A stretch of DNA of 20,956 nt from Catajapyx aquilonaris (Eukaryota): NCBI GenBank assembly GCA_000934665.2, contig JYFJ02000329.1, positions 124,001 through 144,956 on the forward strand. Direction: 5' to 3'. Under the pieces are notes generated by a model that was given only the letters and a program-made list of their open reading frames with translations, did no database searches and had not been told where the DNA came from. Positions 1 through 11,461 of the stretch are shown piece after piece. Position 1 is the stretch's first letter. Every line of letters starts with the position of its first letter. A program made the translations under genes and the position numbers.

Positions 1-660
1 GATCGTTTGGGAAGCTATTATTATAGAATGAACAGAGACTGACAAAATGAACTGTTCCAACCGGTTCCTAGGCTAAACAATTCGTAAATGCTATGAGGAC
101 TCCAGCAGGACTCCATCGCATATACTGGACTCCATGTATATATTCGTTTAGATTTGTAGGCTACACATGTACAGTAGCGTACAATAACACATGGAAACTT
201 CCCAGGAATAATTCGCAACGCAATAATATCCTGGAATATTATCTTTACGATCAAATTACATAGCACTCTCCTACGTGCATGACTTATTACAGTCAAGAAG
301 ATGCTGTATACTTATTCAATCCTGAATTGCCCAATTTGGATGTAAAAATTGAGGTCCCACGCATCCCACGAGACTATTATAGGCTATGTTGAAGCTGTTT
401 ATTGTAGCGCAATCCATGTCGTCATTTTCCTCGTACTGTACAGTACCTTCAGTTATCCTACAATTCTGCAATGAGTAATTTGCGTAGCCTTACAAAGGAC
501 GATCCTCCTCTGCAGACATTCATTGGCCTGATAGATAGACTACTGCGCTGAGTAGCCTATACCTATTGTGTACAAAATTAATGTGTAAACAATAAGGTAA
601 AGGGGATGAAGATAAGCTGGTTGGAAATACGTAGCCTATATTATTATTATCTCCACCTTT

Positions 661-933
661 GACCGAAGCAGTTTGGAGTAGGGGTCTAGGGGATATGGTG
701 TCCGACTGCTAATCGGGAGGTCCTGGGATCAAATCCCGGGGCCGGCAACTCTGACCGTGGTTTTCTGTGGTTTCCCACGGTCCTTCCCGGAAAATTCCGG
801 AGTTGTTTCCGTAATTAATAGGCCACAGCCGCTTCCTTCTATCCCTATCCTATCCCAAAGAGCGCAGTAAAATGAAAGCAAAGAGTTCCAGGCAAATCAA
901 ACTTCCCCCCCCCCCCCCCCAAAGAGCCGCCGN
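661..933 (+). mobile_element. tRNA-derived SINE, copy 1 (apparently internally deleted relative to copy 2)
   Basis: The tRNA-like head has an A-box-like TGGAGTAGGGG, an anticodon-arm-like CGACTGCTAATCG and a B-box-like GGGATCAAATCCC. The body GTGGTTTTCTGTGGTTTCCC...AGGCCACAGCCGCTTCCTT aligns with the reverse complement of 2108-2285. A direct repeat flanks it: ATTATTATCTCCACCTTT (643-660) and ATTATAATCTCCACCTTT (934-951), 17/18 identical, consistent with a target-site duplication. An N at 933 makes the 3' end uncertain. Confidence 0.85.
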
Positions 934-1761
934 ATTATAATCTCCACCTTTAATATTCAGAAGAACAGTGGTCAGTGCACTACTGACTAACATATTCTGG
1001 AGTCGGGGGGGGGGGGACAAAGACGCGGTCACGCAACCTGGTGTCCTTGGTAGTTATTAGTATGCTAATATGAGCGAATCTGGCCTGCTCCAAGGTTTTT
1101 GTACAAACAGACAATTTTGTAAGGAGCAGCAGGTGTACTTCAGTACTACGGCGGCCAAGGGATGGAATAGGTGGCATCTAACAGCAATATGTGCAGATCT
1201 CTGGTGAGGTTTCTTTTAACTTTATAGCTTATTAACAGCTGGTATGCTGAATGCCCGAAACATATCTACACCAAAGCCGTATTTCGCAAATATAATACGT
1301 CGCGTCGTTGCGGAGGTAAGTTCTACAGCGAAGCGTAGTTCGTATAGTAGCCTATCGTAGTTGTACAAGTGAAACACACGCAGGCCAAAACCCCAGTTTC
1401 AAGATAATCGAAGGCAAAGATTTGACCTTGCACTTGTCTACGTAGGCCTACGACATGCTAATTGGTACAGAAAATCTGGACTTCTTGGCTCATTTTGAAT
1501 CTTGAGGATCACAGCATGGACTTCACTAGACGACATCGACAGCAGGAAAAATTCTACTCTGCGGTAGCCTACCGGTATATTATTCAAAACAGCCAAAGTA
1601 GGACTTAAGTTAGTGGATTATTTAACTTTGCCGATGATAATAATTATATATTCCAAATATTGCTACTGAAACGTTCTATTTGTTTTACAGTTCACCCCGA
1701 TGGCAAAATTGGCAAAAAATGAATGCTACACACCATCATTTAGGTTATCATTATATAATGT

Positions 1762-2285
1762 TATTTATATTACATCTTTTTTATTTCAGTGCTACTTCGT
1801 GCTGGAGCCATCATTGGCTCCCTTGGGGGGGGGGGGGGTGGATTACCACCATTTTTCTTACGAATTTTCTTTTCAATTTTTCTCTCCGGTGCAGGGATCA
1901 GGATAGGGATTTGTGAGGAGGGTGGAGGGGACACTGGTGCAAGTGCGCTGTCTTAATGTTGGGGGTCGTGTGCAGTCCCCCAGGGGGTCAGGTTGCAAGA
2001 CAACCCCCTAGGTGCGGGTCAGAAACCCCTCACCGACACCGCCCCTCCCCATAATGGATGGGTCAAGGCATAGATTAAGTAAGATCTTCTTAATCTATGG
2101 GTCAAGGATAGGAAAGGAAGGCACGGCTGTGGCCTATTATTTACGGAAGCAACCCCGGCATTTTCCTGGGGGGACCGTGGGAAACCACAGAAAACCACAG
2201 TCAGGATCGCCGGCCCCGGGACTCGAACCCAGGACCTCCCTATTAGCAGTCGAACACCTTATGCACTCTACCAAACTACTTCGGT
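1762..2285 (-). mobile_element. tRNA-derived SINE, copy 2 (longer; 3' boundary approximate)
   Basis: The minus strand reads ACCGAAGTAGTTTGGTAGAGTGCATAAGGTGTTCGACTGCTAATAGGGAGGTCCTGGGTTCGAGTCCCGGGGCCGGC, with a good B box (GGTTCGAGTCC), followed by the same body as copy 1. Homology is clear for 2108-2285. It resumes more weakly at ATCCCTATCCT(G)ATCCC...poly-C-AA(G)GGAGCC (about 1816-1911) and is followed by an A-rich tail. Confidence 0.75.
2061..2107. repeat. 31-bp near-perfect palindrome flanked by an exact 8-bp direct repeat (putative DNA-transposon excision footprint)
   Basis: GGTCAAGG (2061-2068) + CATAGATTAAG-T-AAGATCTT-CTTAATCTATG (2069-2099) + GGTCAAGG (2100-2107). Confidence 0.8.
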
Positions 2286-3030
2286 TTATCAGTAGGCCTA
2301 TATATAATGTCCTAGATATTTTAAAAAAACGATAGATTACTATCCATTCGGATGTAGGTTTCGTACTTCGTAGGAAGAATTAATTTATCATCGTTGATCT
2401 TGGAAGTCGTAGACTATAGTGTAGCCACTGTTAATAATATTTTAGTTTTATCATTTAAATACCTATGTAAATGTAATGTCCGTCTATTTCGCAGCAAATT
2501 CCCATACATATTAGCTAACGAATACACAATACTCAATTAACGTAGTTTAGGTTGTATTTTTGAGTGTTGGTGTCGTGAACACATCTTATTTTGTATTGGG
2601 TAGTTCTAGCAAGAAATATGGCTTTGGAATACAAGTATGTGAGGGACAAATAGTTATTCAAAATGAGACACTCAAAGAAAATTTGATACCACAATAATAT
2701 TATGATTTCAAGTTACATAGCAGGCAGTAATTTTCAATTTCAATCATAAATACCGTTTGTTCGTGTAATGGAATCCATAAGCTATTATTTCTAATGAAAA
2801 AAACACATTTTATCTAGGTTTCGGCGTCAGGAGACAGATAGAGCGGCGGAGATGGACAGAAGTGCATATTAACATTGTTATTTTTAAGTATCTAAGGTGT
2901 TTATTTTAGTTAATCTCGACTGATCTCGATATAAATTTTGAATATGCCTATAGAGTGATGAATTTTACAACGACGTTTCCTTTTCTATACATTACGCATT
3001 CTTTCACATTTCCAGGACCAAGGAGCTACC

Positions 3031-4820
3031 ATGACTTCCGGAGTTTTCGCTTTACCCCTGCCGGTACAAAAATACATAGGAACATCAATGTTGATGTTTC
3101 TCATTGCAAGTTTAGTGCAGGTGGCATTTAACGTTATCGTATGGTCAACGGTCCTTCTACCATTACTCCTCATCTCTCTTCCTGTCTGGGTTACTAGTCG
3201 ATTTTTGGTGTGGTTGAGTTATGGGAATGAACGAAAGCAAGCGACTGGGATAGAAGCTGCTTTCCTACACGAGGAAGATGCGAGCAAGTCCATTGTGAGT
3301 GTGTTCATGGTACTGGCTGGAGAAAATGGACCGGACATGGACAACGATTACAACGAGAGACTAGTCCGTGCCAGAAAGAAATATACCTACCTCGCTTTTT
3401 TGTCATGTCCAGAAATGATTGACAATTATTTCTTCTGGAGAAAGAAGAATGATGTCAATATCAATGACCACTTCCATGTGATGGAAGGCTTAGATCTGAA
3501 GAGGACTTACACTATGAAGGAAGCACTGGATCTGTACGGAGAGGGACAAGCCAACGCGCCCTTTGCGAAGGACAAACCTATGTGGGAAATTCTGTACATT
3601 CCGAAAGTAACACTGGATGAAGGTGATATGGACGAGGCGGATCAAAAGTGCTGCCTCATTCTCAGAGCCCACCACAGCCTATTGGATGGAATATCTTTGG
3701 CCAAATTTATGAATGAGTAGGACTTCACTTTATCCATTAATTTAATACACGTCCAAAAGTTGACTAATATTAATGAACACATTGCATTAGAAGAGCACCA
3801 TATAGTGCCATGTTTCTAAGCACTGATTACAAAATGTTAAACAGAAACTCAATATAATAGTTTTTTCCACTATTTCCATAAACAATGTATTTTGAAAATC
3901 TTCCAGGTTCATGCTTGACAGCGCCATTGATTACAACCCAATTCCGCCTTTACCGCATGTTCCACCATGGCAGATGTTTCTTCTGCAAGCATGCTCCATT
4001 ATCAACATGCCATGGGCCACAACTCCAATGATGCTGAGACGTCTTTGGAATTCCAGTCGCCTTCCTGCCCTGAAAGGACGCAAGATCATCCACACAACAT
4101 CTTTAGACATCGAGGCGGTCCGTTTCATCAAAGATAAAGCAGGATGCTATTTTTCCGAGGTCATCATTGCGTCAGTGGGGGCCTCTTTGCAAGAGTTTTT
4201 TAGTCAGAAAAAATTCAGCCCCAAAGTCATAAGGAGCTTACTGTCGTTGGCATTTCCTTCTGACGACGAGAGTATCATCACAAACAACTTCTCCCTTGTG
4301 ACTATCCCTTTCTCAGGAGAACACATGGATCCTCTTCAGAGGCTCAGGGACACTCAAAAGATGGTGGAGAAAATGAAGCAGTCGTTAGATGTGTTTACTT
4401 TCTACTGGTTTTTGAGGATTTTTGGATACTTGCTGCCTTCGACATTTTTTAGGAGAATGATCCTTTACCTGGATGCCTTCGCAGTAGTGACCTACGTCCC
4501 AGGGAGAGGACCGGTTCTGTATCACAGAGGAAACAAAATTGTTGACTTCAACTTCATTGCGCAACATCGAGATCGGACTGGTGAGTTGAGCTTGATGTAT
4601 TGAGTAATTTATAGTGCCAGATTCTTAAATTAAGCTTTGATCTCTTTCAGGAATAACCATTACAAGTCTAACATATCTACAAAGATTGAAAGTGTCGTTT
4701 TGCGTGGATGAAGGACTGCTAACGGACAAGATAGAAGTAGAAAAGATGGCCAATGCATTTTACAAAAACACTATGGATTTGGCCAACCAGTTAGGATACC
4801 AGAAGTTGGGAAAGCGATAA
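3031..4820 (+). CDS. WS/DGAT-type O-acyltransferase, paralog 1 (509 aa; exons 3031-3716, 3907-4580, 4651-4820)
   Basis: Catalytic motif HHSLLDG preceded by PMW, a hydrophobic N-terminal segment, and C-terminal motifs KAGCYFSEV, TNNFSLV, DPLQRL and TYVPGR. GT-AG introns 3717-3906 (phase 2) and 4581-4650 (phase 1) give a continuous frame to TAA at 4818-4820. Intron positions match the other two paralogs. A splice-acceptor-like TTCCAG ending at 3015 suggests an upstream 5'UTR exon. Confidence 0.9.
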
Positions 4821-5471
4821 ATTACAATACAATCAAGAAGGCCACATTTGTTCCAAGAAAAGCTGCTAGGGTAATAATAAATAATGGTGTCCGTAAGGAC
4901 GGCGACAGTCTGAAGTCCCACTTCCCGCATACCCATTCATTCACCCATAATTATAATATGTTCGTTTTGCAGGTGACGTATTGTCAGACAGCAGGAGTCA
5001 CGAAAGGTCAGCAGCAATGTGACGACATCGGAGAAGATGTTCAACAATTATATGAATGTAAAGGCTGTTATTAAACATCCTCATTCGCACTTTTTTCACT
5101 TTTCATAACTCCCGTTATTTCCTTTCGTAGTTTAAAAATACAGTGCGCACAGTCCTACGAACAGGTGCCTTTTTAATAAAATTCACAAAACAGCGTAGTT
5201 GAAAGTGTTTTCGTTTGAGAAGCCTCTGATAGAACACATTCAAACATGGCGCCAGATCCATAATGATGTGAGTTTATTATTTCACATGAAATACTGATTT
5301 CTTCTGCACGATCAAATGCTTGTTCAATAACGCAATCATGCAATCACCTCCAAAGCATTACACGATTGAAAGGATTGCATGCTCTGATCACTCATATTGA
5401 TCCAATACATACAGAGCGCTGGCGCATTGCGAGACTTGCCGCTATACGTCAGCTGATTGTAACTTCGGACG

Positions 5472-7119
5472 ATGCCACCCGGTGATCCCCGTACCAGTAC
5501 GGTACCCACATTTATTACATCGTCAGTATGGCCATGGATGGTGGCCCGTGCGACTGTGCAGTGCCTTACAAACGTACTCATCTGGCTGGTGGCATTGCTG
5601 CCCACACTGGCCATTTCCCTGCCTTTCTGGGCCTACTCACGATTCGTGGCATGGATTAGCTTCGGAAATACGCGACCTCAGCTCAGGGGTATCGAAACCG
5701 GGTTCCTGTTGGAAGAAGACACCAGCAGGTCGTGTGCGGCGGTCTTTGTGGTTGTCTCCGGTGCTCATGACGTCAGCATGGTGCAGGTGTTGGATTCAAA
5801 GTTCAAGAAGGCTAAACGCGAGTTTCCACAACTACGATTCACGGTGTATCCGGAAGCAGCGGGGAATTACTATTACTGGAAGGAGAAAGAGGACTGGGAT
5901 TTTTATGATCACTGGCACTTGCTCGACGGGATTGATCCGGATGTGACCTACTCCAATTCTCGAGTGATGGAAATATGGGGAGAGAAGAGAGCCAATTCTC
6001 AGTTCCAGGCTGGGAAACCGATGTGGGATTTGTATTTCGTGCCCAAGTTTCGGTTTGACGAGGACAACGACACTGTAGACAAGAGTTGCTACATTTTGAG
6101 CTTCCATCATAGTTTGTGGGACGGCATTTCCATGGGAAAATTTTTGAATAGGTATGTCATGTACTTTATAAAAACTGTCAGTGAAGTATCAATATATTGT
6201 CGTTTCAGATGCCTGAACGATACACCAGTCAGCTATAATCCCATCTTAAAACCGGAACCGCTACCAGCATGGACCAGACTCTTTTTGAACGCAGCTTCCA
6301 TCTTCAATCTTCCTTGGATCAGCATTCCTATGATGACTAGAAGACTGTGGAATGACAAGTACCTCCGTCCCCTAACCGGTCGCAAGATCGTTTGCAGTTG
6401 CAAACCCTTGGACATCAACACTGTACGGTTTATCAAGAGAAAGGCTGGTTGCTTATTCTCTGAAGTCATCATAGCGTCAGTGGCAGGGGCGTTGCAAGAA
6501 TTAAATCAAAAGGCAGGATACGGCAAAAATGGTGACATCCGCAGCGTGATATCAGTGGCTTTTCCCTCCGAAGAGGACAATATCAGTGGCAACAACTTTT
6601 CATTAGTGACAATGATATTATCTGGACAGAAACTTGGTCCGATCCAGCGCATTCGAGACACACAAAGCGCAGTGCAAAGAGTGAGAGAGTCGACGGATAT
6701 GTTCACATTTTACTGGTTCTTGAAAATATTTGGGTTTTTGGTACCGGACTTCTTGTTTCGCCATATGGTGACCAAAGTAGACGCATTTGCAGTCATTAGC
6801 TACGTGCCTGGACGTGGAGAACAATACTGGATTGGCGGTAGGCAAGTCACAGACATACACTTCACTGCTCAGAATCGCGATAAAACAGGTTGGTGGTTAT
6901 TCTGCAACATTTATTTGTAGTACGTTGTCGTCTTATTTATTTTATCTACTTTCAGGGGTGACCGTGACGGCTACCAGCCTCATAGACAAAGTGAGAATTA
7001 ATTTCCAAGTCGACGAAGCTCTGGTTGGTCGGAGTGACTTGCTATCAACAGTGATGGATATTGTTAACGCTACAATACTAGAACTAGCCGCAGAGTTTGG
7101 TATATACAACAACAATTAA
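5472..7119 (+). CDS. WS/DGAT-type O-acyltransferase, paralog 2 (507 aa; exons 5472-6151, 6209-6888, 6956-7119)
   Basis: Motifs HHSLWDG, PMW, KAGCLFSEV, SGNNFSLV and SYVPGR. Introns 6152-6208 (57 nt) and 6889-6955 (67 nt) sit at the same positions and phases as in paralogs 1 and 3. The last exon (GVTVTATSLIDKVRINFQVDE...) is homologous to theirs. Confidence 0.9.
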
Positions 7120-7756
7120 AGTAAAACGTCTTAGAACCTCACACACTCTTAAATGGCTAACTTGTAAGTGAATAATTTCTAGGAAAGTGAATCATCGTGT
7201 TGAAATATTTCTACTGTTCATACTTGCATTTTTACGACTTCCAGCAGATATAACATTTTCATGTTTGTCTTTCGGGTGACACTGATGGTTGTGAACTGAA
7301 ACTTGGCCTTATCTAGAGCAATGAAAAATAAAGAATTGAACATTGCAAAATTTTATTTGATTCAATTATCTCGATTTGTGGAATGTCCACTGGTGTGAGG
7401 TATTTTAGCACGGACAACCGAGGATGTCGTTTTAATATCACAACAACATTGTGTGATACTGAACCTACACCAAATATTATTTGTACTGTAATAATGCCTC
7501 TCATGCGTGCAACAGCTGCTCCATTTCACACTAATTAGCTGCCTGCTGCCTTCCCTTTCTGACTGTCATTGTGGTTACTAAGGCCTGATTCGGTAGCATT
7601 ATTTTCAGGATTATTTGTTTGATTCAGCAAACAATATGGACTGTTGCTAACATCCACCGTCAACTTGGCATTGTCTGAAAGTTATGTTTTGATGAGGGTA
7701 GCTCTGCCTGAGCTGAGAAATTTTAATCGATTTTAGAAGAAACGTGTAAGTGCAGC

Positions 7757-9806
7757 ATGGACACCGCTGACCAACATTTTCTGTGTCTTGAGTACTCCAT
7801 CACAAAATGGGAGGTAATTCCATTAATATATCAATCTTTGGTTATGATCCATTAGGTTTCGACTTCTCTGAACGTATAGCCTCACCACTTCTTCCCTTAT
7901 ATTGTTTAATACTAATTGCTGTCCACTATGAATCAATTTATTAAGAACGAGGGAAGACCCAGACTGAGGAATACTTTCAGGGAGTGTTTTCAAGGATTCA
8001 ATACTGATAACATGTCATGGGGACATGGGGTAACAATGGGGTAGTTTATACAACACCAAGGAAACTGGACTCAAGTCACTATTTGGTTTCTGTTATAACA
8101 CATCATATTGCCAAATAGATTACTATTCATCTGGTTTTACGTCAGTTCTCTTGACGAATGAATAGGGAATGAATCAGAACCGGGTCCATTTTTCTCACTG
8201 CACCTGTACTGCTTATATACATGTGATGATATTTTCATTTGGGTATTTGTCAAATGTCCTTCAATTGGTTTTTTTATGTGTCCAGGATCACAAGTCCACA
8301 ATGTTCTCGGCTTTCCGGGTATGGACCTCAGGCAAAAAGCGCGACCTCGACCTTTGCAGGAGAACTCTGACCACGTTCAATACTTCTAACAGCTACTGCC
8401 TCGCCTTAATAACCGTTCTCCACAAGATCCTTGCGAACCTTGCAAACAAGATTCCTTCTTACTACACGATCATCGGTATGCTCGGATCGGAAAGAGAAAT
8501 GGCCGATCACAACATGCCTAGAACTCCTGCGCCACAGGTATGAAAGGGTTACTAAAGGATCTTACTGGGCACTGGCATTACCAGAATATTGTTGAGGGCT
8601 ATTGCTGCCATTGCGAAGTCAATTTCCACGCCTCTACCAAGTTGTCTTTTCCTGATGAGTATCAAATTCGAACAAATCATCCGCCATTAATTTTTGGACT
8701 GAATAAGCGTAAAACCCCTCTTGTTTTCACCCCATTCCCATTGATGCTGCGAAGGTGTCAAATTACAGGCCTGTTGTTAACGGTGTCAACCGACGAGTAA
8801 TACCGCCACTGCATTCTGTATATGTGCAGGATCTCGACGAATTTATCGACGAGCCGGACGAACCGATGATCAAGGTGCACGCAGGTCTCCAGGAACTTCT
8901 GTCCAACATGATGACGCTGAGCGAGAAGGTGCACTTCGTGATGACCACCCTTCACAACACCCTGTCCGAGGCTAAGGAAGGATACGAAAGGGACCTGAAG
9001 AAGCGCATCAAGGAAAGGCTGGAAGTTCAGCTGGAGCGATGCTCGAAAGACGTGGGGAACCGGAGGAAAGACGAGTACGCCAAGGAACACATGGACATAT
9101 ACATGCGTCGATGGCAAAAGCAGATAGAGGACGACTGGAACGTGGTATGCATACATGTCGAGTAAGGTTCTGCTAGTGTTAGTGACCCTGGTTATATGGT
9201 GTCCTGGCAGGAGCTGGACCTGCGCATGACCACGGTCAGGACTATGACCGAAGAGCAGTGGAACCAGGCCGTGGACCAGATCCTGTCCGGCAAGACAACG
9301 AGCATCCCGGAGCGGATCCTCCTGACCAACAAAGCCTCAGGTCTGGCCATTCTGCAAAGGCAGGAGAGGGTGGCCTGGCTGACCAGGGGTCGGATCTGGG
9401 CCGGGTACGACGACTTCCAGGTCAGGTACGAGCAAAGGATGTCCAGGGAGCTCAGGAAGGTAGAGAGGGCGATCAGGAGCTTCGCAGTCGCTTACGAGAA
9501 GGGATGCAGGGTGCCCGTGGGCCTGAAGATGACCCCGGAGCTGGAACATGTGAGAATGAGCTTCGTGACATTGGAGCATTCACATGGTGACGAGCGACAG
9601 TCGTCACCATGATTTTATTCCAATAACTTGTTGGTTACGACACTACCCTAATATTTCATCGCAAATTGTAGGTTTTGTGTGACTTGGCCGCGGCTGAAGA
9701 AGAGGACGAGCATGTGGAGGAGACGTCTCTCTGGCCTGCTGAGGAGCAGAACCAACAGCAGGATAATGGTGAGGTGGAAACCATGGAAGTGTCATCAGAA
9801 GAGTAA
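7757..9806 (+). CDS. Uncharacterised 365-aa protein, probably helical/coiled-coil with an acidic C-terminus (exons 7757-7813, 8286-8537, 8830-9144, 9211-9549, 9672-9806)
   Basis: Four GT-AG introns, all phase 0 (GAG|GTAATT...TCCAG|GAT, CAG|GTATGA...TGCAG|GAT, GTG|GTATGC...GGCAG|GAG, CAT|GTGAGA...TGTAG|GTT), join a stop-free frame MDTADQHFLCLEYSITKWE-DHKSTMFSAF...PAPQ-DLDEFIDE...DWNV-ELDLRM...ELEH-VLCDLAAAEEED...SSEE*. Exons 3-4 show strong GC3 codon bias that starts and stops at the predicted splice sites. Exons 1-2 are less certain. Confidence 0.7.
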
Positions 9807-11461
9807 AAAGAGCAGGATGAAAACCTCGACGAACAACTCATGCGTCATCCACGTTGCTGGCTACAAAAGGAGATTTACGAACTCAGAGGGCAGACGCCCT
9901 AAAATTATTGAGTGTCTGAGAATAAGCCACGTAAATTATTACCAATTAATTAAAATTTTGGCATATACAATACATTTTAAGTGATTTAGTTGGACCACAC
10001 TGCACTATCTATACAGTAGTGATGTGCAAAATAATCCGAATTGTAAAAACATTTTTCAGGACATCACAACATGTTGCAAAGCCAAAGCCAGTGGACTTAT
10101 GCAAATTATTTTGTTGCGTACTATACATACCCTCCGGTCCCAGGTCCGAGACAAATACTGTATATGCTCTTACTCAAGTAAACAGATACCGGTACCAACG
10201 AAAATGGAAATATGGCTGTGAAACCAGATTTTGACAGCTGAGGATATACCTGATCATGCAGCGTTGGCTGGGCTTTGGTTCAGGTTCAATTTCCGGTAGG
10301 CCTACACATTATTATTTAATTCTACCGTACAGTACAAGAGTAATCTGCACATACTGCAGCTTAGCCTAACACATATCATGATAATATATTTTTAGTCGCC
10401 TTCGCACTATAGGTCCCTGTTTACTTGACACTGAATAAGTTGAGGAATAGAGCCTAAATTTCATGACACTACGTCTGGAGTCTTTCTAATTATAATTATT
10501 AGGGCCTATACCCTCTGTGGAATATATCTTTACCTAATATACAATATATAGTAGTCATAGAAATCCTGTAATGTCGGACCGCCCACCTGGCTTTTCATTA
10601 TAATTAATAATTAATTTCGCGTTGTATACTTCTTATACATTAAATATTTGAAATAATACTAATAGTGTCATCTATAATTTTGGACTGCTGGGTCATTTGC
10701 GGATCATGATTGTAATTCAGAGGTTCAAAAAATCTGCAATTATACAAAACAAAGTTATACAAAACAATAATGAGTGCACGCGTTTTTAAGCACCACCCAC
10801 TCTAATTGTTGTGGAGTAAAAAGGTAAGCCATATCTTCACATCCTACAATTCCCACGACATGCGAGATCAAATGAAACACGGCACTCACTGTTTAGAAAA
10901 GAACTGTTTGGATGTCATCGAACCCCTGTGAACAGTAGTGGGAATCATTATTACTCAATGTGTACAGTATATACTGTGTACTACCTCCCAACCCTGACCA
11001 TACTCAAACCATTTCCCATCGAAAGTTCTTGGCTCCATTGCCAATTATGGCAAGGAAATATGCGCAAAGGAGACTGGTCTTCTTCACCATTATACAGGGT
11101 CAATCCGTAATTACAAACATTTTTTGGGCAATGCTTCACGTCCAAATGAAATATGTTACGGTGACTTGTCTACACCTGACATGGATAGTGGACTTCATAT
11201 GTATACTGCACATTCATAAAGTATACTGTAGGCCTACTATACATAGTATAGTTATTAGTAGTGCAAGTCCACTTATACTATGATCTGATTTTCAGTGAAA
11301 GTGGTGTTTTCCAGACATCATTTCATAAGTTGAAACAATCCGAATAAGTACTGTTCAGGTAGGACAATATTATTGTCACAGTATTGCACGTTCCAAAACC
11401 CTTATACCATTGCCATCATCATAATAAAGCAAAAAAAAAAGGAACACATACCACGGAGGTT

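Noticed and set aside
97..134. Three GGACTCCA copies; also the TTATACAAAACAA duplication at 10740-10767
   Set aside because: Short local duplications with no regular spacer structure; not CRISPR-like and probably slippage.
662..750. Functional tRNA-Ser gene (also 2205-2285)
   Set aside because: No good acceptor stem or Ser-type variable arm, and both heads continue into a shared repeat body, so these are SINE heads.
2012..2335. 107-aa ORF and other short ORFs at 850-1916
   Set aside because: They lie antisense to or within SINE and poly-G sequence, with no recognisable protein features.
5472..6920. 482-aa single ORF as the true protein
   Set aside because: It reads through a 57-nt intron and into intron 2. 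Paralog comparison supports the three-exon model ending at 7119.
8652..8675. Hammerhead ribozyme (CTGATGAG)
   Set aside because: No stem II followed by GAAA, and no matching stems I and III.
8540..8829. ORF 8540-8800 and the acceptor at 8768 as part of the orphan gene
   Set aside because: The acceptor at 8768 is out of phase with the 8537 donor. The 8829 acceptor is in phase and coincides with the codon-bias shift.
8758..9590. Antisense and alternate-frame ORFs (8758-9156, 9258-9590, 9337-9579)
   Set aside because: Expected shadows of GC3-rich coding exons. The same applies to the antisense ORFs over the WS/DGAT and P450 exons.
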